From positions 1,504,001 through 1,568,000 of the forward strand of contig CBDCNQ010000005.1 in NCBI GenBank assembly GCA_965219445.1: a stretch of 64,000 bases of DNA, read 5' to 3'. Made by a program: the position numbers and the translations under genes. A model generated the notes under the pieces. It saw nothing but the letters and a program-made list of their open reading frames with translations, was not told the DNA's origin and did no database searches. The DNA comes from Longimicrobiales bacterium. Lineage in GTDB: Bacteria > Gemmatimonadota > Gemmatimonadetes > Longimicrobiales > Gaopeijiaceae. Below are positions 48,729 to 58,892 of this stretch, in pieces. The stretch's first letter is position 1; each line of letters begins with the position of its first letter.

Positions 48729-49196
48729 CTACTTCTTTTCCGTTTGTGCCTCCTCCAACAGCTCGCTCAACAATCGGAGCTTACGAACACCAAGGCGACC
48801 CAGCTGCTTCCGATGTAACATCATGACAGGTCGATCCAGCTTGTCCACGAGCTTCCTTCCTGTGGTTGTCAGGTTAACCCAAACAACCCGCCGGTCGGCT
48901 TCGCAACGAGTCCGCTCAACCAACTCTGCTCGAACCAATCGGTCAAAGAGTCGCGTGATGTCCGGCTCCCGTGTCAACATTCGCTCTGCGACCCGATAAA
49001 CCTGAAGAGGTTTGGCGTTTCCACGGAGAATTCTAAGGGCATTGTACTGCGGTTCGGAGAGACCGAGCTCTTTGAACAACACCTTGAACTCAAAGAGTAA
49101 GGCCTCGTGGGTGCAAAAAAGAGTCAGATAGACTTCTTGCGCGAGCTTTTCCAAACTTAGGTGGTGCTTCCCGCGACGTTGTTTTTCCGTCTTCAT
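48729..49196 (-). CDS. MarR family transcriptional regulator
   Basis: LSEPQYNALRILRG, PDITRL.DRL, DRRVV...T..G. Confidence 0.93.
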   Translation of the reverse strand: MKTEKQRRGKHHLSLEKLAQEVYLTLFCTHEALLFEFKVLFKELGLSEPQYNALRILRGNAKPLQVYRVAERMLTREPDITRLFDRLVRAELVERTRCEADRRVVWVNLTTTGRKLVDKLDRPVMMLHRKQLGRLGVRKLRLLSELLEEAQTEKK

Positions 49197-49219
49197 GGAG
49201 ACACTATACCGCTCAACAT

Positions 49220-49237
49220 TATCTGTGTCAACAGATA
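49220..49237. promoter_or_regulatory. Putative MarR operator, copy 2
   Basis: TATCTGTGTCAACAGATA just upstream of the marR start, 17/18 identical to copy 1. Confidence 0.7.
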
Positions 49238-49326
49238 TTTATCAGGCTTTTCATGCCTCGGGGCTCCTGGTGCCGGATGTCGGCCATGTGATCTCCCTCC
49301 TTTCATGTGTTCGTTCGTGGGGGAGG

Positions 49327-50330
49327 CTAAGCCCACGGCAGGAGCACCACGCTGCCGGTGACCTCGTTATCAGCGATCAACCGATGTGCCTCTGCCGCCT
49401 CGCTCAACGGAAGCGCACGGTCGAGGATCGGTTTGATGTGGCCGGCGGCGACCAACTCGAGACCGTACTCCAGATCTTCCTTGTCGCTCGCCATCGAGCC
49501 GAGCAGCCGCTTCTGCGTGAAGAACACGCTCCTCACATCGAAGGTCGTCTCTGTACCGGCCGTGAACCCGTAGACCACGATGGTGCCCAGGGGACGCGCC
49601 GCTTCGATGCTCTTCGGCAGCACGACGCCACCCAAGCTGTCGATCACGACGTCGACCCCCTGACCATCCGTCCACTCCTTGACGCGGGCGACGAAGTCGT
49701 CGGTGCTCGTGTCGATCACGAAATCGGCACCGAGCGACCTCGCGAAGTCCGCGTCTTCCTGACTCCGCACCGTTGTCGCAACCCTTGCACCCAGTGCCTT
49801 GGCGACCTGTACCTGCATGCTTCCAGCGCCACCCGAGCCGGCGTGGACCAGCACCGTGTCGCCCGACTTCACGCCGCCTACCGTCTTTACTGACCGCACT
49901 GCGGTTGCCAAGACCATGGGCAATGTTGCCACGAGCTCCGGCGATAGCCCGGTCTGGTCTTTTACCGTGAACTCGGCCGGAAACTCGACGTACTGAGCGT
50001 ACGTGCCCGGCCGCCCGAGCCCGGGGAGCGTGAAGCTGGCGGCCGTCCCGGCCGGCCGGATGCCCCACTCGTCCTCGTCGAGCGGGTACCCAGGCACCGG
50101 AATGACGGCGTCGCCGATCTCGAAGCCAGTGACGCCGGCACCGATGGCTGCCACTTCACCGGCGGCATCGGTGCCCAGGATGTGTGGCCATGGAAGCTCA
50201 GGGGCGATCTCGCCCTGGCGGATGTAGTGATCGAACCGATTCAGGCCGGCAGCGTTCACCTTGATGAGCAGATGACCAGGCTGCGGCTCCGCGACCGGGA
50301 CTTCAGTGGGCTCGAGCACGTCGGGTCCGC
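49327..50330 (-). pseudogene. MDR-family quinone oxidoreductase / alcohol dehydrogenase-like, apparently 5'-truncated
   Basis: GPDVL, PHILGTD.AG, HAGSGGAG; in-frame TAG at 50338-50340 just upstream of GPDVL, so the usual first strand and start are missing. Confidence 0.65.
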
Positions 50331-50378
50331 GTGATATCTACGTAAGACGTTGTCGGTAAATACGTTAGCGATTTCAGA

Positions 50379-50437
50379 GGTATCACGAAATGTCGTGATA
50401 CCACGAACTATCGTTGCCCTCGGCACGATTTATCGTG
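50379..50437. promoter_or_regulatory. Palindromic sites, possible enhancer (UAS) of the neighbouring sigma-54 activator
   Basis: GGTATCACGA-AATG-TCGTGATACC (50379-50402) and CACGATTTATCGTG (50424-50437). Confidence 0.45.
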
Positions 50438-50464
50438 ATTTTTGTTGCAAAGCCACCCAGGTCT

Positions 50465-51549
50465 CTAGTGCTGTGTAGCCAAAGTCTCTTTCGCTTTGCT
50501 GACCTTGGCGATGATGGATTGTGCAGAGGCGGTCCAGACAAAGGGTGTGGGGTTATCGTTTCTGCGATCGATGTAGTGGTTGATCGCCTCGATTAGTTGG
50601 TCCACGCTGGTGACGGCGAGGCGCTTGAGCTGACGAGTCGTGAGTTCGCTGAAGAAGCGCTCGACGAGATTGAGCCAAGAGGATGAAGTGGGAATGAAGT
50701 GGAAGTGGACCCGAGGGTGTTTGTCGAGCCACGCCCTGACGGCCGGATGCTTGTGGGTGGCGTAGTTGTCGAGAATCACGTGGATGTCGAGTTCGGAAGC
50801 CACGCTGCGCTCGATCTTGCGGAGGAACCGCAGAAACTCCTGATGCCGGTGGCGCGGCAAGCACTCGTGGACGACCTCCCCGGTGGCTACGTCGAGGGCA
50901 GCAAAGAGTGTCGTCGTGCCGTGACGTTTGTAGTCATGGGTCATGGTTCCAGCGCGCCCCTTCTTGAGGGGAAGACCTGGCTGGGTGCGGTCGAGGGCTT
51001 GGATCTGGCTCTTCTCGTCGAAAGCGAAGACAACGGCCCGCTCCGGGGGATCGACGTAGAGACCCACCACGTCGCGCAACTTTTCAACGAAGTGAGGATC
51101 AGTGGACAGCTTGAAGTACTCGATGCGGTGGGGCTGTAGTCCATGAGCCCGCCAGATCCGCGAGATGGTGGTCGGATGGACGCCCACTTCCTTGGCCATG
51201 AGACGGCAACTCCAGTGCGTGGCGTCTGCGGGCTTCTCCTCGAGGGTCTTGCGGACGATCTCCGCTTCGTCGTCCGGAGTGATCTTGCGGGGTCGACCCG
51301 AGCGTGGTCGGTCCTCGAGCAGCTCTTCAACGCCACCTGCCTCGTACCGGTCGAGCCACTGCGTGACCGTCGGCCTCGATACGCCCACACCTCCCGGCAG
51401 ATCGCCGACCACGACCGTCCCTCGGCAGAGCAGAGAACGATGTTGGCCCTTTCGACCACGCGTTGCGGTGTGGTCCGTTTGTTCACCAATCGCTCCAAGC
51501 GCCTGCGTTCTCCTCGGCGCAACCGAATCCTACGCACTGGAAGTCCCAT
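50465..51549 (-). pseudogene. IS630 transposase with frameshift near 51386-51390
   Basis: DDE motifs FDEKSQIQAL, ILDNYATHK, SWLNLVERFF; N-terminal HTH (RANIVL..ICREV) is in another frame; removing an extra TG gives a 360-aa ORF. Confidence 0.88.
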
Positions 51550-51606
51550 GCGAGGAATCTACCGCATGTATCTATTAGGCATAAGATTTCTGCTACACTA
51601 CACTTA
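50466..51606 (-). mobile_element. IS630-family insertion sequence
   Basis: Imperfect terminal IRs AGTGCTGTGTAGCCAAAGTC / AGTGTAGTGTAGCAGAAATC (15/20) with TA at both ends; encloses the transposase. Confidence 0.9.
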
Positions 51607-51615
51607 GGAGGTTGC

Positions 51616-53082
51616 ATGCCCAGAGAAAGTCTAACCCCGGATCTGATCAACGAGCTCGAGCAGTACCGGCGGATACTCAACAACATCCCGGCGGAGATCG
51701 GCGTTCTCGACACCGATGGGCGTTACCTATTCAACACACCGTCCGGAATTCGGGACCCCGGGGTTCGAGAGTGGATGCTCGGCAAGACGAACCACGAGTG
51801 GGTGCGGGAGCGCGGTCATCCGATCGAGATCGCGGACAAGCGACAGACGGCCGTCGATCACTGCGTGACTCAAAAGGAGTCGGTGACGTTCGAGGAGATC
51901 TGGACCGACAAACAGGGGCGCCGCCTCTACTACGTTCGGACGTTCAGTCCCGTCGAAGACGAAGCCGGGGCGGTAACGCACGTTCTCGGATACGGCCAGC
52001 AGATCACACAGCTCAAGAAAGCCGAGGAGGAGCTAAGGACCGCACTGGCCGAGGTCGAGGCGCTCAAAGACCGACTCCACCACGAGAATCAGTATCTCCG
52101 TGAGGAACTCCAGGCGGAGTACAACTTCGAGGAGATGGTGGGCGAGTCCGCGGCAATGGCGAACGTGCGTGCCGCGATTGAGACCGTGGCGCCGACGGAC
52201 GCCAATGTGGTAATCAGCGGGGAAACGGGGACCGGCAAGGAAGTGGTTACGCGGGCGATCCACGCGCTCAGCAGCCGGCGTGATCAGCCGCTCATCAAGG
52301 TGAACTGCGCGTCCATCCCGCGCGAGTTGTTCGAGAGTGAGTTCTTCGGTCACGTGAAAGGTGCCTTCACCGGAGCGATCAAGGATCGTGTCGGCCGCTT
52401 CCAACTCGCCGACGAGGGGACGCTGTTCCTCGACGAGATCGGCGAGATCCCGCTCGAGATACAGGGCAAGCTACTCCGCGTTCTCCAAGAAGGTGAGTTC
52501 GAGCGGGTCGGTGAGGCCAAGACACGCAGGGCCGATGTCCGGATCATCGCCGCCACCAATCGAAATCTCAAAGAGGAGGTCGAGGGTGGCCGCTTCCGCC
52601 AGGACCTCTACTATCGACTCAATGTCTTCCCCATCGAGGTGCCGCCTCTTCGCCATCGCGGCGAGGACACCGCGCTCCTCGCGACTCATTACCTCGGACG
52701 AGCCGTGCGGAAGCTCAGTCGAGGGCCGCGGTCGCTCACCCCCACGGAGGCCTCGCAGCTTCTGTCCTACGATTGGCCCGGAAATGTACGGGAGTTGCAG
52801 AACGTGATCGAGCGGGCTGTAATCACAAATCGTGGCGGCCCGCTCAGCTTCGATCTTCGCTCGTCTGAAGGAAGTGGGCCCGCTACGTCCGGGACCGTAA
52901 CGGACGCCGAGGTCGGCGTGGTTTCCGAAGCGGAGATGCGACGCCGGGATCGCGACAACTTGCTGAGCGCCCTTGAGCAGACCGACTGGCGGGTCTACGG
53001 ACCTGCGGGTGCCGCAGCGCTACTCGGGGTCAAGGCCACCACGCTGGCGTCGCGGATCAAGAAACTCGACCTTGGCCGATGA
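51616..53082 (+). CDS. PAS-domain sigma-54 enhancer-binding protein (FhlA-like)
   Basis: [52 protein letters not shown]. Confidence 0.93.
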   Translation: MPRESLTPDLINELEQYRRILNNIPAEIGVLDTDGRYLFNTPSGIRDPGVREWMLGKTNHEWVRERGHPIEIADKRQTAVDHCVTQKESVTFEEIWTDKQGRRLYYVRTFSPVEDEAGAVTHVLGYGQQITQLKKAEEELRTALAEVEALKDRLHHENQYLREELQAEYNFEEMVGESAAMANVRAAIETVAPTDANVVISGETGTGKEVVTRAIHALSSRRDQPLIKVNCASIPRELFESEFFGHVKGAFTGAIKDRVGRFQLADEGTLFLDEIGEIPLEIQGKLLRVLQEGEFERVGEAKTRRADVRIIAATNRNLKEEVEGGRFRQDLYYRLNVFPIEVPPLRHRGEDTALLATHYLGRAVRKLSRGPRSLTPTEASQLLSYDWPGNVRELQNVIERAVITNRGGPLSFDLRSSEGSGPATSGTVTDAEVGVVSEAEMRRRDRDNLLSALEQTDWRVYGPAGAAALLGVKATTLASRIKKLDLGR

Positions 53083-53154
53083 TGAGGGCTGACACCTTTG
53101 CTTTGCCGCCAGCCGTCGAGTATCGTGAAAACCCACGCCCCGGGAGCCTCAGCT

Positions 53155-54519
53155 ATGCGTCATTTCCAACACGTGATACTCGGGACCGGCCAGGCGACTG
53201 GCACCCTACTGGGCACCCTCCTGCATACCGGAGAATCGATCGCCGTCATTGAAGGAGATCGAGTAGGCGGCACCTGCGTGAACACGGGCTGCACCCCCAC
53301 CAAGGCACTTGTGGCCAGCGCGAAGGTCGCTCACATGGTGCGGCGCGCACCGGAGTACGGCGTCCAGCCAAACGGGGTCGAGATAGACTTCGAAGCCGTT
53401 CGGGCGCGCATGAACGCCATTCGCGACAACACGGGGATGGTTTCGCGGATCTCCTCGGCGGAAAGTGTTTCGTTTTTCGAAGACTGGGGCCGCTTCGAGG
53501 GTCCGCGGCAGATTCGTGTGGGCGACGAGGTCATCACCTCCGATCGGATCTATATCAACGCCGGAGCACGCCCGAGGGTCCCCGAGATTCCAGGGCTGGA
53601 GACGGTTCCATGGCTGGATCACAGCCGACTCCTCGAGCTGACTGAAGTTCCGGAGCACCTGATCATCCTGGGAGGCAGTTACGTCGCTCTCGAATTCAGT
53701 CAGATCTTCCGAAGATTCGGAGCGCGGGTCACCGTTCTCGAGCGGGGACCACAACTCGTTTTTCGAGAGGATGCCGACGTAGCGGAGTCCATCAGGGACA
53801 TTCTCGAACTGGAGGGCATCGACGTCTGTCTGGACTCGAGCGCGGTGCGGGTTGCCCCCGATGGAGCCGGCGTGGCCGTTACGATCTTACAGAGTGGTGA
53901 AGAGCGCCTGTTGACCGGCTCACACTTCCTAGTCGCCGTGGGCCGGGTCCCGAACTCGGACTTGCTCAATGCTGAAGCGGCCGGTATCCAGCTCGACGAA
54001 CGGGGGTTCATCGAGGTCGACGACTTTTGCCAGACCGGCGCGGAGGGTGTTTTCGCCGTGGGCGATATCAACGGCCACGGTGCCTTCACTCATACTTCGG
54101 TCAACGACGCCGAGATCGTCCTCGACCAGATGCACGGTGGCACCAGGAGATTGTCAGACCGGATTTCCGTATACGCGCTATTTATCGATCCCGCGCTCGG
54201 CCGAGTCGGAATGACCGAAAGGGAGGCGGTCGCGAAGGGTCACAGGGTAATGAAAGCCACGCGCCCGATGTCTCGAATTAGCCGGGCCAAGGAGATGGGA
54301 GAGACGCTGGGATTCGCCAAGCTCCTGGTCGACGGCGATACGGATCAGATTCTGGGTGCCGCAATTCTGGGACCCGGCGGTGACGAGATCATCAACATGT
54401 TCGCGGCCTACATGTACAGCGGTCTGCCCTGCATGGACTACCGGAAATCAGTGCTCGTTCACCCGACTGTATCTGAACTCATGCCATGGATACTGGACAC
54501 GCTCGAGCCGGTCCCGTGA
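53155..54519 (+). CDS. Pyridine nucleotide-disulfide oxidoreductase (RclA/mercuric reductase-like)
   Basis: GGTCVNTGCTPTK, GGSYVALE, GD.NG...FTH, HPTVSE; no C-terminal CC pair. Confidence 0.88.
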   Translation: MRHFQHVILGTGQATGTLLGTLLHTGESIAVIEGDRVGGTCVNTGCTPTKALVASAKVAHMVRRAPEYGVQPNGVEIDFEAVRARMNAIRDNTGMVSRISSAESVSFFEDWGRFEGPRQIRVGDEVITSDRIYINAGARPRVPEIPGLETVPWLDHSRLLELTEVPEHLIILGGSYVALEFSQIFRRFGARVTVLERGPQLVFREDADVAESIRDILELEGIDVCLDSSAVRVAPDGAGVAVTILQSGEERLLTGSHFLVAVGRVPNSDLLNAEAAGIQLDERGFIEVDDFCQTGAEGVFAVGDINGHGAFTHTSVNDAEIVLDQMHGGTRRLSDRISVYALFIDPALGRVGMTEREAVAKGHRVMKATRPMSRISRAKEMGETLGFAKLLVDGDTDQILGAAILGPGGDEIINMFAAYMYSGLPCMDYRKSVLVHPTVSELMPWILDTLEPVP

Positions 54520-54539
54520 CGCTACAGGGGGACGTGATC

Positions 54540-55010
54540 ATGACCTTGCAGTCCCTTCGCAGAACTCGAGAGGACCGAGTCGCCAGCTGGATCCGAATAG
54601 CGTTGGGAATCCTATTCGTCATGACCGGCGTCATGAAGCTCGTCGTCCCCAGCTTGGGAGCGGCGTTTTCAGGACAGTTGGCAGGGGCTAACATCCCGCT
54701 CCAGGAACTGAATCGCTGGCTCGTGCCTTTCATAGAGATCGGCGTCGGCGGTGCGCTGCTGATCGGCTTCTACACGCGAATCGCTACCGTGCTTGTTTTC
54801 AGCATCATGATCGTGGGGACCTATGTGCACCTCGTGGTGGACGACCCCTCTCTGTTTCCCCTCCAGCCCGAGGAGCCGATCATTCCGGCCGTCGTGATGA
54901 TCCTGTCGATCTACATGCTTCTACGGGGAGGGGGTTCCGGAAGCTTGGACCTGAAGGCGTCGGTGGGAGCAGCTTCCTCCTCATCTGCGGAGCCGAGTAG
55001 CGACCACTAA
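54540..55010 (+). CDS. DoxX family membrane protein
   Basis: RIALG.LF...G..K, E.G.G..L..GF.TR, G.G..SLD. Confidence 0.85.
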   Translation: MTLQSLRRTREDRVASWIRIALGILFVMTGVMKLVVPSLGAAFSGQLAGANIPLQELNRWLVPFIEIGVGGALLIGFYTRIATVLVFSIMIVGTYVHLVVDDPSLFPLQPEEPIIPAVVMILSIYMLLRGGGSGSLDLKASVGAASSSSAEPSSDH

Positions 55011-55075
55011 CCGGTGCTCCAAGCCCACGGCCCCTGCCCTCGGAGCAACGTGACGACGGAGAGGAGTGAACCTTC

Positions 55076-55183
55076 ATGACCCGCGACTTCGAGATGAAGC
55101 GTCGTGACGCGAGATACGGGCTCGTGAGCATCTGTGCGGCAGGTGCCCAGGCGTCAGCGATGATCCTCGAGCGGGACGTGTAG
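55076..55183 (+). pseudogene. Thiolase C-terminal remnant (35 aa)
   Basis: MTRDFEMKRRDARYGLVSICAAGAQASAMILERDV matches the thiolase C-terminal Cys motif. Confidence 0.7.
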
Positions 55184-55217
55184 CGCCCGAACCCACGATC
55201 ACAAGGAGTAATAGGCC

Positions 55218-55652
55218 ATGGCGGTTGTGACCGGTGTACTGCGCGAAGGCACGCAAATATCAATCCGGGCCCGCGACTTCACATGGCTCGGCGACGAGCC
55301 GACCCGCGCCGGGGGCACGGACACCGGCCCCACACCGTACGAGATCTTGCTGGGAGCCCTTGTGGCCTGCATCGCGATCACGTTGCGGCTCTACGCCGAC
55401 CACAAGGGTATCCCGCTCGACGAGGTCGGCGTCGAGCTCGAGTACGATCGAGTGCACGCCGACGATTGCGTGGGCTGCGACGAGCGGGCGGATGGCTGGA
55501 TCGAGCGGATCCAGTCGCGGGTGACCCTCCGCGGAACGTTCGACGAGCCCCAACGCAAGCGGTTGACACAGGTGGCGGAGCGCTGTCCAGTTCATAAAAC
55601 GCTGGCGAACGGGGTTCGTATCGTCGACTCCGTTGCCTTCGAAGCCCGCTGA
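55218..55652 (+). CDS. OsmC family protein (YhfA-like)
   Basis: DEP...GG.D.GPTPY..LLGAL.AC..IT, H..DC..C, RCPVHKTL. Confidence 0.92.
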   Translation: MAVVTGVLREGTQISIRARDFTWLGDEPTRAGGTDTGPTPYEILLGALVACIAITLRLYADHKGIPLDEVGVELEYDRVHADDCVGCDERADGWIERIQSRVTLRGTFDEPQRKRLTQVAERCPVHKTLANGVRIVDSVAFEAR

Positions 55653-55674
55653 GCGGTTGCCAAGAGAGGACCAA

Positions 55675-57261
55675 GTGGACGCCGATGACCGAGAAGTGAC
55701 GACGGGGAGCGAGCCCGGTGAACTCCGGCCGACGCTCGTCCTGGTCCATCTCTCGGGGAGCCGTCGGGGGCACTCCCACCGCCTCTCGGGGAACGAGATC
55801 AGGATCGGCACCGGGGCCGGGATGGATCTGCGACTGCCCCTCGATACAGAACCCCTTCCCGCGCCTCACCACGCGACCCTGCGCTGTCGGGGCGCCACGT
55901 ACGAGGTGGTGGCCGAGGGTGATGGCGAGGTTTGGGTCAACGGTGAGCAGGTGAAACGGTTCACCCTCGCCTCGGGGGACGTCCTGGAGATCGGTCGGGA
56001 CGGCGCGGTGTTGCGCTACCGTATGTACGACGCCGGCGTCGCCCCCTACAAGACGATGACGCAGGTCTTCTCCGACTGCCTCGACTGCGTCCGGAACTCC
56101 CATCGGGGTCCCGTGGGGAAGGCAGCCATGGTCCTCACCGACCTCCCCAAGCAGTTAGCGACCGAAACGACTCGTACGTTCCGCGTCGGCGTGCTGACCC
56201 TATTAATCCTCCTGGGATTCGGCACCGTGTTGCTGGCGAGCCGGAGTGTGCGGCTCGAGCAGCAGCTCGCCGACGAGATGACCCGGGTGGCGGGACTCGC
56301 GGAGCTGCTCGAGCGGACACAGACGCAGGTTCCCACATCCGAAGACCTCGCGGACCTCTTCGCCGAGCTCCAGTCCAGCGTGTCCACGGCAGGAGATCGG
56401 CTGGACGCGTTGGAGGAGCGGAGCGGAGCGGAGGCCCGGGTCGTCGGAACCGCTTCCCGCTCGACGGTCTTCGTGCAGGGGAGTTACGGGTTCGTCCAAC
56501 CCGAGAGCGGGCGTCCCCTGCGCCTGGTCCTGGGTCCAGGCGGCCGGCCCATCAGGAACGCAGCCGGCGAGCCCGCCATCACCTTGGAGGGCGAGGGGCC
56601 TCCCCTGGAGGTCTTCCTCACGGGCACGGCCTTCGTGGTCAGTCCGGACGGACTCGTGCTCACGAACAGGCACGTCGCGAGCCCCTGGGAGTTCGACACC
56701 GTCGGCAGGGCCATGCTCGCCCAGGGCCTCGAGGGAAGGATGACGCGCTTCGTCGGCTACCTCCCCGGGGTGGCCGGGCGCTTCTATCTGGAGCGGGTCT
56801 TGGTGAGCGATGAGGCCGATCTGGCCATGCTGTGCTGCGTCATCAGTGGCGAAGCCGACTACCTACCGCTGGCCGACGGGCCGCCCGAGCCGGGTGAGGC
56901 CGTGCTTGTCATCGGCTTCCCCCTTGGGATCCGGGCACTCATGGCCCGCACCAGCCCCGAGTTTGTGGAAGGCCTCGGCGAAGCCGGCATCACGGACTTC
57001 TGGGAGGTCGCCGAGCGGCTGTCGCGAGCCGGGTACGTCACGCCGCTGGCGAGTAGGGGCATCGTCGGGCAGGTGACGACGCAGAACGTCGTCTACGACG
57101 CCGAAACCACCAGTGGAGGAAGTGGCGGTCCGGTGCTGTCGCTGGACGGCCAGGTGGTAGCGATCAACTCGGCCATCCTCCCGGAGTTCGGGGGCTCGAA
57201 TCTGGGCGTTCCTGCCGCGCGGGCGCGGGAGCTGTTGTCCGCGGTCAGACAACTTCCATGA
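55675..57261 (+). CDS. FHA domain-TM-coiled coil-trypsin-like serine protease
   Basis: HHATL..WVNG..L.SGD.LEIG (FHA-like); TM; LTNRHVA, DLA, GGSGGP. Confidence 0.82.
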   Translation: MDADDREVTTGSEPGELRPTLVLVHLSGSRRGHSHRLSGNEIRIGTGAGMDLRLPLDTEPLPAPHHATLRCRGATYEVVAEGDGEVWVNGEQVKRFTLASGDVLEIGRDGAVLRYRMYDAGVAPYKTMTQVFSDCLDCVRNSHRGPVGKAAMVLTDLPKQLATETTRTFRVGVLTLLILLGFGTVLLASRSVRLEQQLADEMTRVAGLAELLERTQTQVPTSEDLADLFAELQSSVSTAGDRLDALEERSGAEARVVGTASRSTVFVQGSYGFVQPESGRPLRLVLGPGGRPIRNAAGEPAITLEGEGPPLEVFLTGTAFVVSPDGLVLTNRHVASPWEFDTVGRAMLAQGLEGRMTRFVGYLPGVAGRFYLERVLVSDEADLAMLCCVISGEADYLPLADGPPEPGEAVLVIGFPLGIRALMARTSPEFVEGLGEAGITDFWEVAERLSRAGYVTPLASRGIVGQVTTQNVVYDAETTSGGSGGPVLSLDGQVVAINSAILPEFGGSNLGVPAARARELLSAVRQLP

Positions 57262-58225
57262 CGATCTTACCACTGGCCAGGTTCGCGTCCATAGTGGTGT
57301 GCGCGTCCCGGAGCTTCTCGAAAGGAAAGTTCGGTCCGAGCTTGAGCCCGAGCTCACCAGATTCGACGAGAGAGACATAATCTTGAAGCTGCGCGGGTGT
57401 GATATCGGACGACTCACCGGCGTATGAGGTCAACTTTACGCCGGTTGGCACATCAGCCATTGGGCTAAATTCCGGTAGAACCCACGCACCTCCAAGAATG
57501 CCGGTCATGCACACGATCCCGCCTCGTCGTGCCGCCTGCAGTGAATCCCGCAGTGTAGTGGCCCCCACCAATTCGAGGACGCGGTCGAAACCATTTGGGT
57601 AGATCGCTCGGGCTTGATCCGCTATGGATCCGTCGTCCACGAGCACGTGAGTGGCTCCTGCCGCTACGAGTTCCTCGGCCTTGGTCGCACTTCTAGTCGT
57701 CGCCGCAACCTCGAGACCCGCTGCTCGCGCGAGAGCAATGGTCGCGAAGCCGACGGACGATGTCCCGCCTCGCACGAGGAGGTTCTCGGCACGCTCGATC
57801 TCGAGGCCAGTACGGAGCGAGCCATGGACGGTCTGCAGCATCTCGGGCAGCGCTCCGAGGATTTTCCAATCCAGGTCCGTCTCCAATGGGAATACGTGCT
57901 GCCGCGGAACGAGGACATACTCGGCGTAGGAGCCGTCGAACTGTCGCCCCATGCCACCCATCATCGCTGCGACTCGAATCCCGTGAGACAGGTCGGAGCC
58001 AGGTGCGGAAACCACTTCACCGACGCATTCGATGCCGAGCACACGAGGAAACTGAACGTCGGGCGACTGCCCCCGTCGTGTGAACCATTCTGATCGGTTG
58101 AGCCCGAATGCCCTGTTGCGAATCAAGACCCAGCCGTCGCGAGGCTCTGGTCGGCGTATCTCTCGGAGCTCGAGCTTTTCCGGGCCGCCGGGCTCTTCGA
58201 TCACGAACGCGCGCATTAATTCCAT
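57245..58225 (-). CDS. MDR-family oxidoreductase (zinc-binding dehydrogenase-like)
   Basis: GGPEKL, AFGLNRSE, LGIECVG, RGGTSSVG, GKIV. Confidence 0.9.
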   Translation of the reverse strand: MELMRAFVIEEPGGPEKLELREIRRPEPRDGWVLIRNRAFGLNRSEWFTRRGQSPDVQFPRVLGIECVGEVVSAPGSDLSHGIRVAAMMGGMGRQFDGSYAEYVLVPRQHVFPLETDLDWKILGALPEMLQTVHGSLRTGLEIERAENLLVRGGTSSVGFATIALARAAGLEVAATTRSATKAEELVAAGATHVLVDDGSIADQARAIYPNGFDRVLELVGATTLRDSLQAARRGGIVCMTGILGGAWVLPEFSPMADVPTGVKLTSYAGESSDITPAQLQDYVSLVESGELGLKLGPNFPFEKLRDAHTTMDANLASGKIVMEVV

Positions 58226-58238
58226 CGCTCGGGGACTG

Positions 58239-58892
58239 CTACGCCTCCAACCTCTCGAGTTGGTGCTCGAAGTACCCGGACCAGCTCTCGGGTAGTGCGG
58301 TTACCGCGATGGCCTTTCTCAAGAGCGCGACGTTCCCCCTCTCGGTCGTGTACAAACTCGTGACGTCGGCGACCGATAACCCGTCGGGATGCTTCGAGAG
58401 CAGCTCGAGGGTGTCGCCCGCCTCAACCTCTCCCTCTTCCACCACACGAAAGTAGAATCCGGTCCGCTGACTCTGGAGAAACCGTTTCGGCATGTCGGCC
58501 CTGCCGAAGCGAACGCTCAGCTTGAAGCATGGCATGCGCGGCTCGGTCACCCCCAGCAGGGCCGTCCCCACAGTGAACTCGTCGCCGATGCAAATCGATG
58601 CTTCGTCCATGCCGTCGACGCTGAAGTTTTCACCGAAATGGCCCCATCCCAACTCCACGTCGGGTAACTCTCCCCGCCAATAGTCATAGTGTTGAGTGGG
58701 GTAGACGTAAACCGCCTTGGTTGGTCCGCCGTGGACGGACAGATCGGCCTGCTGGTCCCCGTCTAGATTGTGTCTGCGCACGGCGACCGGGCCGTCTACC
58801 GGACTCTTGAAGATGCCGGTGGTGACGGGCTGGTCCCTCCACTGGACGGTCTTGGGAAGACCCACGTTCACGGAAATCAAGGACATCGTCAT
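58239..58892 (-). CDS. MOSC domain protein (YiiM-like)
   Basis: TGIFK.PV, HGGP.KAV, FGENF, PR.PC.K, G.Y.RV. Confidence 0.92.
   Translation of the reverse strand: MTMSLISVNVGLPKTVQWRDQPVTTGIFKSPVDGPVAVRRHNLDGDQQADLSVHGGPTKAVYVYPTQHYDYWRGELPDVELGWGHFGENFSVDGMDEASICIGDEFTVGTALLGVTEPRMPCFKLSVRFGRADMPKRFLQSQRTGFYFRVVEEGEVEAGDTLELLSKHPDGLSVADVTSLYTTERGNVALLRKAIAVTALPESWSGYFEHQLERLEA

Noticed and set aside
51380..51395. Programmed ribosomal frameshift in the IS630 transposase
   Set aside because: No A-rich slippery run; a TG dinucleotide duplication explains the shift
53155..54519. Calling this gene merA
   Set aside because: It lacks the C-terminal CC pair and the NmerA domain, and there are no mer genes nearby
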